DNA of 55,660 nt, filler included, from Candidatus Woesearchaeota archaeon (GTDB lineage: Archaea; Nanobdellota; Nanobdellia; Woesearchaeales; GCA-2685855): the NCBI GenBank assembly GCA_002685855.1. It is 4 parts of 4 records of this genome, joined end to end, with 100 filler letters (N's around TTAATTAATTAA, not from the genome) between each part and the next. Parts side by side here need not be neighbours in the genome. Positions count along the whole stretch, not along the records: positions 1 to 17,206 come from NYYS01000062.1; positions 17,307 to 33,847 come from NYYS01000064.1; 2 more parts are not named here. One strand, 5' to 3'. The first letter of the stretch is position 1. Every line of letters starts with the position of its first letter. Position numbers and translations under genes: made by a program. Shown here one piece after another: positions 9,304 through 18,204 of the stretch. The notes beneath the pieces were generated by a model. That model made no database searches. It worked only from the letters and a program-made list of their open reading frames with translations, and was not told the DNA's origin.

Positions 9304-10076
9304 TGAGAGTTGTTCTTGATTTGAGGAAGGATGTTGATGAGAATGCTGCTTCTTACTTTGAAAAGGCAAAGAAGGCACGAAAAAAGGTGGAGGGTGCGTT
9401 AAAGGCGTTGGAGATGGCGCGGGAGAAGAAGGGTGTTCTTGAGAAAAAGAGAGCTGTATTGAAGAAGGTTGTTCGGAAGCAGGAGTGGTTTGAAAGTTTT
9501 CGTTGGTTTGTGTCGAGTGAGAGTGTGTTAGTTATTGGAGGGAGGGATGCGCAGAGTAATGAGACGGTGATTAAGAAGTATGCGGCGAAGGGAGATCGGG
9601 TGCTGCATACAGATATGGCAGGTAGTCCGTTTGTTGTTGTGAAGTTTTCCGAAAGTAAGGGTGGTGAGAAGACTATTCGGGAGGCTGCTGATTTTGTTGC
9701 GTGTTTTAGTAGAGGGTGGAAGAAGGGGATGGCTTCTTTGGATGTGTTTGTTGTTGATTCTGATCAGGTGACAAAGAAGGCGAAGGCGGGTGAGTCGATG
9801 CCGACGGGTGCATTTATGATCTATGGGGATACTAAGTATGTTGAGAATTCTATGAATTTTGGTGTGGGGTGGTGGAAGGATCGGGTGATGGGTGGTCCTG
9901 TTCGAGCTGTGAGGAAGCAGTGTGGAAAGTTTGTTGTTGAGGTTATCCAAGGAGAGGCAAAACAGTCTGATGTTGGGAAGGCGATTAAGAAGCGGTTGGA
10001 GAAGAAGTCGGGGTTTGTGGTTGATCTTGATGAGGTTGTGCGGTGTTTGCCTGTGGGTGTTGCGTTGAAGGAGTAG
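9300..10076 (+). CDS. NFACT-R (DUF814) RNA-binding protein, short Rqc2/NEMF-related
   Basis: ENAASYFEKAKK, EWFESFRWFVSS, IGGRDAQSNE, HTDMAGSP, GAFMIYG. Lacks the NFACT-N and HhH domains. Confidence 0.88.
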   Translation: MMRVVLDLRKDVDENAASYFEKAKKARKKVEGALKALEMAREKKGVLEKKRAVLKKVVRKQEWFESFRWFVSSESVLVIGGRDAQSNETVIKKYAAKGDRVLHTDMAGSPFVVVKFSESKGGEKTIREAADFVACFSRGWKKGMASLDVFVVDSDQVTKKAKAGESMPTGAFMIYGDTKYVENSMNFGVGWWKDRVMGGPVRAVRKQCGKFVVEVIQGEAKQSDVGKAIKKRLEKKSGFVVDLDEVVRCLPVGVALKE

Positions 10077-10542
10077 GGTGGTTTGAGTTTTCTGTTGTTC
10101 TTGTTTGATTGAGGAAGAGATGTAGAAATGAGTTTTCTCACGAGCCGTAGGCTCGCGTGGCAGAAATTGACAAGAAAGGGATTACTTGTTGTTAGAGTGA
10201 TTGCTGGTCTCAGGTGGGGACAACTCGTTCATTCTTGCGTCGTGAGTGTATCTCTTCTTCATTGACCAGCAAGAGCTAGAAGCGTCTGTTCTTTATCTGT
10301 CTTTTGCTGTAGAAAGGGGTCTATTCTTCTTCAGAGGGTTGTTCCTCTTCTTCGCGTGTGCAACGATAATAGATCCTCATCTGGTTAAAGAAAGGGAAAG
10401 AAGTATTTAAATGCTTTGTAAATAGGGTATATATTTGGGAAAAAAGGAAGGTTTAAAAGGGGTTTTCTGTTTCCTGGATAGAGTGATGAGATTTGCAGAA
10501 TAGGAAGATATTTTGCCTTTTTTGCACGTGTGAGGTACTAAG

Positions 10543-10971
10543 ATGGATGTTCGGATTAAGAGGGTTGACAAGAATATTCCGCTTCCGCGGTATGAGACTG
10601 AAGGGAGTGTGTGTTTTGATCTTTGTGCGCGTGAGCGTACTGTTATTAAGGGGCAGGAGTTGGGGGTTGTTCCGAGTAATACGATTATTGCGACTCCGCC
10701 GGGTTTTAAGTTGTTGATTGCGTTGCGTTCTTCGACTCCGAAGCGGTTTGGGTTGTTGGCGCCGCATGGTATTGGGATTATTGATCAGGATTATGCAGGG
10801 GAGGAGGATGAGGTGTTGATTCAGGTGTTTAATTTTCGTAAGGATGATGTTGTTGTTGAGCGGGGTGAGCGGATTGCTCAGGCAACCTTTGTTCCGATTA
10901 GTCGTGTTGTGTGGAAGGAGCAGGATAGGATGTGTGAGAAGAGTCGTGGTGGTTTGGGGAGTACGAACTAG
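10543..10971 (+). CDS. dut: Trimeric dUTP diphosphatase
   Basis: Motifs FDL, RSS, GIIDQDYAG, GERIAQ, RGGLGST. Confidence 0.93.
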   Translation: MDVRIKRVDKNIPLPRYETEGSVCFDLCARERTVIKGQELGVVPSNTIIATPPGFKLLIALRSSTPKRFGLLAPHGIGIIDQDYAGEEDEVLIQVFNFRKDDVVVERGERIAQATFVPISRVVWKEQDRMCEKSRGGLGSTN

Positions 10972-11759
10972 CCGCCTGCGCTTTGGTATTTCTTGATTGC
11001 GTGGTTCCAGAAGAGTATTGAGATGAGGTAGAAGATGAGTACGGGTATGATAACTACGAAGATTATCTGGGTGTTGAATCCTTTTGTGAGTGTTTCGAGG
11101 GGGTAGTTTGCGCTGATTGCTACAGGGAAGAAGAATGTTAAAAAAATTCTGAGTCCGGGTCCGAAGATGTTGAGGGGGTAGCGTGCGAATTTTTCTATGC
11201 CGAAGAAGAGTTCGAAGACTCCCCAGCTTTTTACATAGATGAGGGCGCAGGCGCTTATGAGTATCATGATTGCGTGTTGGAAGAGTATTGCCATGAGGAG
11301 AAGAAATAGATAGGCTACGATGTTAAGGGCGGGGTAGCCTGCTGTGTGGGATAGGCCCCAGATGATGAGGACGATTCCAGCTATTACGCTTGATGCTCCT
11401 TCGGTGAACCATCCGTGCATGGTGAGGTAGGTGAGGGGGTGGAAGGGTGCTGTGAGGTATTTGTCAAAGCTTCCGTCTCGTACAGACTGGATGATTCGGA
11501 TGGGCATTTCAAGAAACAACAAACGTCCAAAGCCGAGGGTGACGGTGAAGGTTCCTGTGAAGATGATGAATTCTGCAAATGTCCAGCCAGGGATTCCTGC
11601 GCTGTGTTGGTAGATGAAGAGGATTCCGAGTGGTCCGAGGAAGTCTGCGAGGAAGACTGCTGAGAATTTTATAAAGAAGTTGAGTTTGTAGATCATGTCT
11701 GCGGCTAGTTCGAGGAAGAGGACGTGTTTCCATATTTTGAGGTATTGGTTGAGTTTCAT
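10968..11759 (-). CDS. ABC-2 family transporter permease
   Basis: Multi-TM; GWT..E, VRDGSFDKYLTAP, ARYPLNIF, YQSAGG end. Confidence 0.9.
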   Translation of the reverse strand: MKLNQYLKIWKHVLFLELAADMIYKLNFFIKFSAVFLADFLGPLGILFIYQHSAGIPGWTFAEFIIFTGTFTVTLGFGRLLFLEMPIRIIQSVRDGSFDKYLTAPFHPLTYLTMHGWFTEGASSVIAGIVLIIWGLSHTAGYPALNIVAYLFLLLMAILFQHAIMILISACALIYVKSWGVFELFFGIEKFARYPLNIFGPGLRIFLTFFFPVAISANYPLETLTKGFNTQIIFVVIIPVLIFYLISILFWNHAIKKYQSAGG

Positions 11760-12571
11760 GCTCCTGCACCTGCGAATTTTTTGAATGCGTGGTGTTCGAT
11801 TTTTACTGCGAGGTACCAGAGGATGAGTACCCAGATGATTTGTATGAGGAGTATGGTGTAGATGTTGGTGAACCAGGGGCTGGTTGTTGTGTAGATTCCG
11901 AGGTAGATGTTGATGGGTGTGTATCTGATGTGTTCAAAGGGGAGGAATCTGCTGAGGTAGGTGTACCAGACAGGGAAGAAGCTGAGGGGGATGATGCCGC
12001 CGCTGAGGAAGAGGAGGCTTGCTCGTTTGAGTCTTCGGAGTCCTTGGATGCGTTTGAGCCAGAATGCTGTCAAGCCGATGATGTAGGTGAGCATGAAGGT
12101 GAGTATTGATGCGAGGAAGAGTGATCCGAGTGCGATTGCTGTTGCGGTATAGCTGTATATTTGGAGGTGGAGGAAGGGGATTGCAAGGATGAGGACAGGG
12201 ATGATGTTGATACAGAAGCCGACTATTTTGAGTCCGAGTTCAAAGAAGTAGTTGTGGTAGATGAACTTGACGGGTTTGAGGAAGTTTGCTATGATGTTTC
12301 CTTTTATGTTGTCTATTTCTATCCATGTGTCGACGTCGCTCCAGGCAAGGAGGCTTACGATGAGGCTTAATACGAAGTAGTCTATCATGGTTTGGAGGGT
12401 GTATCCTTGGATGACCTCTTGTCCTGTTATAGAGAAGATGCTGGTCCAGAGGTAGGCGAAGATGATGAGGTTTATGGGTGCGGTTATGAGGAAGATTAAA
12501 AAGTCAAACTTGTAGGCAAAGCTGATCTTTATTCCTGCTACGATATCCGAAAAATGGGGTTTGAGGTTCAT
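11756..12571 (-). CDS. ABC-2 family transporter permease
   Basis: Multi-TM; KGNIIANFLKP, FLSGGIIPLSFFP, LPF...YTP. Confidence 0.9.
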   Translation of the reverse strand: MNLKPHFSDIVAGIKISFAYKFDFLIFLITAPINLIIFAYLWTSIFSITGQEVIQGYTLQTMIDYFVLSLIVSLLAWSDVDTWIEIDNIKGNIIANFLKPVKFIYHNYFFELGLKIVGFCINIIPVLILAIPFLHLQIYSYTATAIALGSLFLASILTFMLTYIIGLTAFWLKRIQGLRRLKRASLLFLSGGIIPLSFFPVWYTYLSRFLPFEHIRYTPINIYLGIYTTTSPWFTNIYTILLIQIIWVLILWYLAVKIEHHAFKKFAGAGA

Positions 12572-12642
12572 CTTTGTTGTAAATTTTTTTGTTTTTTGTT
12601 GTTTCTTGGGTTTTCTTTTTTCTCTTTAGTGTTCTTTTGTGT

Positions 12643-13632
12643 TTATTCTCCTTTTTTTTCTTTGTATATTTTTTGGATGATCTCTTCGATGGGGGGGTCT
12701 TGTATCTCCATGTCTGCGAAGGTGTATTTGCTGAGGATGTGTTGGACTACTTTGTTGATGGGTTGTTGTTTGGTGTCTACTTCTATGATGAGTTCGTAGG
12801 TGTCTTTTGTTCTGAGTCTGCATCCTTTGAATTTGAAGGGGGGTGCGGGTTCTTCGAATTTTACGTGGATGATCTTTGTCTGGAGGTAGCTTTTCTTTAT
12901 TGCCTGGAGGCTTCCGTCGTAGACTATTGTTCCGTGGTTTATGATGATTACTCTTTTGCAGAGTCTTTCAATATCCTGCATGTCGTGTGTGGTGACGATG
13001 AAGGTTGTTTTTTCTTTTTTGTTTACTTTGATGATGAAGTCGCGCATGATGTCTTTGGCTATGACGTCGAGGCCGATGCTGGGTTCGTCGAGGAATACTA
13101 ATTGAGGGTTGTGGAGGAGGGCGGCTACGAGTTTGCATTTCATGCGTTCTCCGAGGGAGAGGTCTCGTACAGGGTTTTTGGATACTTCTTCGAGGTCGAG
13201 GAGTTTGAGCATCATCTTGAGGCGGGGGGTGAATTCTTTTTCCGGGATATTGAAGAGGTCTTTGTTAAGGTGGAAGGTGTCTATTGCTGGGAGGTCCCAC
13301 CAGAGCTGTTCTTTTTGTCCGAAGACTACGCCGATCTCTTTTACGTAGTGTATTCTGTCTTTCCAGGGGGTGTAGTTGAGTACGTTCACCAGGCCGGATG
13401 TGGGGTAGAGGACGCCTGAAAGGGCTTTTATTGTGGTGGATTTTCCTGCTCCGTTTGGTCCGATGAGGCCTACGAGTTCTCCTTTCTGGATTTGGAAGCT
13501 TACGCCTTTGAGTGCGTGTTTTAGCTGGTGTTTTCTATTGAAGAGTGATTTTATGGCGTTTAGGATGCCGGGTTCTCGGTGGTGTGTGATGTAGGTTTTT
13601 TTCAGGTCTTGGATGTTGATTATGGGTTTCAT
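12643..13632 (-). CDS. ABC transporter ATP-binding protein
   Basis: Walker A GPNGAGKST, signature LSLGER, Walker B VFLDEP. Confidence 0.95.
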   Translation of the reverse strand: MKPIINIQDLKKTYITHHREPGILNAIKSLFNRKHQLKHALKGVSFQIQKGELVGLIGPNGAGKSTTIKALSGVLYPTSGLVNVLNYTPWKDRIHYVKEIGVVFGQKEQLWWDLPAIDTFHLNKDLFNIPEKEFTPRLKMMLKLLDLEEVSKNPVRDLSLGERMKCKLVAALLHNPQLVFLDEPSIGLDVIAKDIMRDFIIKVNKKEKTTFIVTTHDMQDIERLCKRVIIINHGTIVYDGSLQAIKKSYLQTKIIHVKFEEPAPPFKFKGCRLRTKDTYELIIEVDTKQQPINKVVQHILSKYTFADMEIQDPPIEEIIQKIYKEKKGE

Positions 13633-13823
13633 TGTAGTCCTCCTTTTGAGTCTGTTGATTAGGATAGGTATAAGAAGAAAAAAATGAGGTCACTGCAACT
13701 TTAGTTGAATGCCATCTGTTTGAAGAAGGGGTGTTTTTTATAAATGTTTTGGTTTGTTTTTGCTGTATGGGATAAGCAAGTTGTGGGGAAAAGGTTTTGT
13801 TGGGTTGAATGTTCTAATATCAC

Positions 13824-15032
13824 TTAATAGAGAAGTCCAAAAAGATATAGCGGAATCTCTTTTTCTCCGGTTGTGAGCACTTCTTTAACAAGATAGGCAT
13901 TTTTCATGCCCTGTATCTGTTTTGAGCCTTTAGAAGGTCCACCTACTTCGAAAATATGGTCTTGTACAACAAAATCTGGTGTTCGTCTTTGGACGCCTGT
14001 TTTGAGATAGGTAGATCCCGGCACGTGTTGTACAAAGAAATCTTCTCTGATGCTTCCTTTTGGGGGAGCTACACCGTAGGATGTGCAAAGTGCGCTTCTA
14101 AATGAGAGGGGCATAAGGATTTTTTCTTCTTTTCTTACAGATGATGTGCCTCGTCCTGATGGAGATACCAAGTGGAGAATTCCTGTTTGGGATAAAGAAT
14201 AGATCATTTCTCTTACAAATTTTATATTGGTTCTTAGTGCTGAAGAAAGTCCTGTGTAGCTTACCTCTCCAGGGGGTGATGTTGATATTATTTTCATTGC
14301 TTGAAATACTGCTGTAAGATAATGAGCGTCTATGTTTTGGATGCTTGTAAGATCGAATCGTGCGATGCGTTCAAGAATGTTCAGGTAAACATCTGGATTT
14401 TTTTCAAACAAGGCGGCTGGAAGTGCATCGAATTGAGTATAGGTGTCGAAGTAGGGGATGTAGGGCCGTATGTGTTGTTCTAACTCTTGTCGTCTCTGTA
14501 TATCCAACAACTCTTTTAGGGTAATCTGCGGAAGCCTTTTTCCAGTTTTAAAAAGAATGTATTCACGAAAGGAGAGGGGTTTTAGTTCATAGAAACTTGC
14601 TCTTCTGGCTAATTCTGATCCCTTCACTTTGAGTGCGAGCGCAGATGAGCCGGAAACAATGATTTTGCTTTTTGTTTCATCATAGAATAATTTGATGTCT
14701 TTTTCCCAGGTAGGTAGCGCATGTATTTCATCGATGATGTAGGTTGAGTGACCTTTGGCAAGCGCATAGTGGAGGAAGTCTAAAAGGTCTATGCCATATT
14801 TTAGGAGATGTTCTGCAGTAACAAAGAGTGTATGTTTTTCTTTTTGGTAAAGCTCTGTGAGCAGAGTGGTTTTTCCACTTCCTCGTATTCCATGAATAAC
14901 ACAGACTCCTTTTTTAAGTGAGCTGATTTTTTTTAAGAGTTGTTTGCTAAGGTCTCTGAGCTGTTCAACTCTGTTTTGTTGCAGGATTATTTCTGAAAAT
15001 GCGATGGCCTTTGTGTAGAGGTGTTCGTCCAT
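13824..15032 (-). CDS. AAA+ ATPase (COG1373 / AAA_14-like)
   Basis: GIRGSGKTT, IIDEIH, SGSS, LKPLSFREY; C-terminal PDF...FEVGG (PD-(D/E)xK-like) and IPLYLF. Confidence 0.88.
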   Translation of the reverse strand: MDEHLYTKAIAFSEIILQQNRVEQLRDLSKQLLKKISSLKKGVCVIHGIRGSGKTTLLTELYQKEKHTLFVTAEHLLKYGIDLLDFLHYALAKGHSTYIIDEIHALPTWEKDIKLFYDETKSKIIVSGSSALALKVKGSELARRASFYELKPLSFREYILFKTGKRLPQITLKELLDIQRRQELEQHIRPYIPYFDTYTQFDALPAALFEKNPDVYLNILERIARFDLTSIQNIDAHYLTAVFQAMKIISTSPPGEVSYTGLSSALRTNIKFVREMIYSLSQTGILHLVSPSGRGTSSVRKEEKILMPLSFRSALCTSYGVAPPKGSIREDFFVQHVPGSTYLKTGVQRRTPDFVVQDHIFEVGGPSKGSKQIQGMKNAYLVKEVLTTGEKEIPLYLFGLLY

Positions 15033-15255
15033 AGGTTAGGAAAAGGGCACAAATATATAAAACTTTCTATTTGTAAGTTATTATTAGAAATAACTTTTTC
15101 TAAGAAAGTTATTTGTGATTTTCTCCTTCTAACAACATTATTAGCCATACAGTAAATAAATGGAAACGTCTAAAAATTTAAATAGGGTATCGTTCTTATT
15201 AGATTCTATATATGCGAGATCAACTCACAACTCTCGTATCTAAAATAGAAAGAAG

Positions 15256-15606
15256 ATGAGAAAGCCACAGCCCGAACAATCGTTGGATCAACGGATACGT
15301 GTCTCAGAGTCAGTACAGCCAACAAAACCAGGAGATTTTGGTATTACTATTCTGGATGACAAGGTTTATCTCAATCCTGAAACAGTAGATGCATTGAAAA
15401 GAGTAGGAATAAGAACAGGTCATGTTGATGAACTTCTTAACTATCTTGTTGGTATGGGTCCGGTTGTGTTAAGTTTAGAATGGGATGTAGCTGCTTATAA
15501 ACGTGCTAAAAGCCAACTTCGTGATCAACTTAAAGGGTATGTTCAGGAAACAAGATTTTTTGACCGAGACCCGCCCCCAAAAGTTAGATATGGTGCGAGA
15601 CCTTGA
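15256..15606 (+). CDS. Hypothetical protein
   Basis: 116-aa ORF with no recognised motif; lacks the host strand bias. Confidence 0.55.
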   Translation: MRKPQPEQSLDQRIRVSESVQPTKPGDFGITILDDKVYLNPETVDALKRVGIRTGHVDELLNYLVGMGPVVLSLEWDVAAYKRAKSQLRDQLKGYVQETRFFDRDPPPKVRYGARP

Positions 15607-15834
15607 TGTAATCTTTGGAGCTTACGTTTATTAGAAAAAAGAGATCTAAGAGCAGTTAGTAGTTCACCAATATTTGAGCAACTATCGAACCCTGGAGAGA
15701 AAGCTTCTGTTCGCTACCATGTTTAACACGAAACTCCTGATGCAACTGGTTCTTTCATTAGTAGAAGAAGAAAGTTTTATAAACGTATCACCCTCGTTAG
15801 AGACTATAAAAGGCACGAGAGAGGTTTAAACGGA

Positions 15835-17206
15835 ATGGAGAGCATTTTTTTTGATATTGGTTTAATTATTATAGTTGCAACTGTGGGTGCGTATTTGGGG
15901 AGGTTGTTAAAGCAGCCGTTGATTCCCTTGTATATTATCGGGGGGATCTTTCTGGGGCCTGTGTTGGGGATTATTACTGATGCTGAGACGATTACCACGT
16001 TGGCTGAGATGGGGATTGCTTTTTTGTTGTTTATGGTGGGGTTAGAGTTTGATTTGAAGAAGTTGAGGGATGTTGGGAGTGTTGCGAGTTTTGGAGGAGT
16101 TATTATTAGTGTGGTTTTGTTTGGTGTTGGGTTGGTTGTGGCTTCTTGGTTGGGGTTTTCAGGGAGTGAGCTTTTTTTTCTTGGTTTGGTGTTGGCGTTT
16201 AGTAGTACGATGATTGTTGCAAAGATTTTAGTTGATCAGAATAGTATTGATAGTTTGCATGGGCGGATGATTATTGGTTTTTTGTTGATGCAGGATATTC
16301 TTGCGGTTATTGCGTTGTCTTTGTTGGATAAGTCAGGGAGTTCTTTGTTTGGGGTTGTTGCGTCGTTGTTTCAGACTGCTGCGTTGATTATTGTTGCGGT
16401 GTTTTTTGGGAGGTATATTTTTCCTGATCTTTTTAAGTTTGCTGCGCGTTCACAGGAGTTGTTGTTTTTAGCGAGTTTGAGTGTGTGTTTTGTGTTTGCG
16501 ATTGCGTTTCATCTTATTGGGTTGAGTATTGTTATTGGTGCGTTTGTTGCGGGTATTACTCTTGCGGGTTTGTCGTATACGCCTGAGATTATTTCAAGGA
16601 TTAAGTCGTTGAAGGATTTTTTTGCTGTGTTGTTTTTTGTGGCGATCGGCTTGGAGGTTGTTGCTGTTGATATTGGTCCTTTGATTGTTCCTATTGTTCT
16701 GTTTTCTTTGTTGACGTTGGTGTTGAAGCCGTTTGTGATTATGGTTGTGTCTGCCTTGTTTGGGTATTATCCTAAGCCGTCTTTTCTTTCGGGGATTAGT
16801 CTTGGTCAGGTGTCTGAGTTTTCTTTGATCTTGGTAGCACAGGGTGTTGTTTTGGGTCTTGTTAGTAGTTCTATTCTGAGTTTGACTATTATTGTTGCGA
16901 TTATTACTATTATTGGTTCGAGTTATTTTATGAAGTTTGGAAATGCTTTTTTTGCGCGTCATAAAAAATGGCTGGATTTTTTGGAGATTATTCCGTCGAG
17001 GAAGAGGGATCTTGTTTTTTCTCCTGCTGATGGGAAGCCTGCTACGTCTGTGTTGATTGGGTATGATCGTATTGGGTTTAGTGTGTTGCGTGCTTTGCGT
17101 AAGTTGAAGAAGAATGTTCTTGTTATTGATTTTAATCCTGATGTTATTCGTAGGTTGATTTCTAAGCGGATTCGTTGTATGTATGGGGATGCTTCTGATT
17201 TGGAGA
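15835..17206 (+). CDS. CPA2 cation:proton antiporter (KefB/KefC-like) with TrkA_N domain, truncated at contig end
   Basis: GIAFLLFMVGLEF, FSSTMIV, GFLLMQDI, QVSEFSLIL, IGYDRIG...YGDASD. Confidence 0.93.
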
Positions 17207-17306
17207 NNNNNNNNNNNNNNNNNNNNNNNNNNNNNNNNNNNNNNNNNNNNTTAATTAATTAANNNNNNNNNNNNNNNNNNNNNNNNNNNNNNNNNNNNNN
17301 NNNNNN
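17207..17306. other. Artificial contig linker (N-run with six-frame stop TTAATTAATTAA)
   Basis: The same 100-nt structure occurs three times in the window. Confidence 0.99.
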
Positions 17307-17307
17307 A

Positions 17308-18204
17308 CCCGATAATAAAGATACAGGTGAAGACCTTAAAACAAGAATAGAACACATCACCACTCACCTACAATCAGGAGACTGTACAAAAGATGAACAT
17401 GCAGCCCTAAAACAGGAAACAACCCAACTCGAAGAACAGTTTGAATACCTGACACTCCTCACAAACATCCATTCCCTGACACCGGATTCCTACCCTGAAG
17501 CACTTGCTCAGGCAGAAGCACTTGCAAGAAGAAAATCAAAAAACCCTCTTTATCATAGTGCAAAGTGGGTTGCCGACACATTAAACGAACCCGTCTATCG
17601 ATCAGCAAGAAAGATCGTTGTTGAAAAGGTCACCGACCTGGAAACAAAACTCAGAAAAGGAGAATTCCCCATTCCCCATTGCCAGAACTGGCGAGACAAC
17701 TCATCATTAAACGTCTCACTTCTCAGCTTTACAGCAGACGCAAACAAGAACACCTACCACATCTCAGAATACAGCAACGGTGTAACACGGCCAAACACAG
17801 AATCAGAAGTTCGCCTTGTCGGGTGGCAATCATCACCAACACTTCTCATCGAGAACATCTACTCAAGTGAATGGAACGACGAATACGGAATCGCCCTGTT
17901 GGGAACAATCGCTCAGGAAGCCCTCAACCTCTACACCAACACAAAAGCAAACGAAGTGAGAATAGCAGCACCACTAGACTCAGGCCATGATGGACACACC
18001 ACAAATATCAGCGTCCTTAATGCAATGAGGACCTTCTGCAAACAATATGGTCTTGAGCTGCAGGAAGGCTACATGGAACTCTCCCCTCCAGAGAGCAAGG
18101 CAACAAAAGAATACTACGACTCCGGACCAGGCATTGTAAAAAGCGGATCCGATGTAACCCTTGGTAACGTAGCATATATTACTATCTCAACCGAAATAGA
18201 CTAA
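17308..18204 (+). CDS. C-terminal part of a large hypothetical protein (5'-truncated by contig edge)
   Basis: The frame is open from the contig start to TAA 18204 and in frame with track ORF 17899..18204. Contains RKGEFPIPHCQNW...NVSLLSFTADANK. Confidence 0.75.
   Translation, partial: PDNKDTGEDLKTRIEHITTHLQSGDCTKDEHAALKQETTQLEEQFEYLTLLTNIHSLTPDSYPEALAQAEALARRKSKNPLYHSAKWVADTLNEPVYRSARKIVVEKVTDLETKLRKGEFPIPHCQNWRDNSSLNVSLLSFTADANKNTYHISEYSNGVTRPNTESEVRLVGWQSSPTLLIENIYSSEWNDEYGIALLGTIAQEALNLYTNTKANEVRIAAPLDSGHDGHTTNISVLNAMRTFCKQYGLELQEGYMELSPPESKATKEYYDSGPGIVKSGSDVTLGNVAYITISTEID

Noticed and set aside
10160..10415. Minus-strand gene below a TATA box at ~10405 (ATG at 10380)
   Set aside because: Stops after 19 codons and the other frames are also broken. 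Possibly a decayed gene, but not identifiable.
15088..15114. 10-bp inverted repeat AAATAACTTT-N7-AAAGTTATTT upstream of the AAA ATPase
   Set aside because: Plausible operator, but AT-rich and single-copy, so it cannot be separated from chance.
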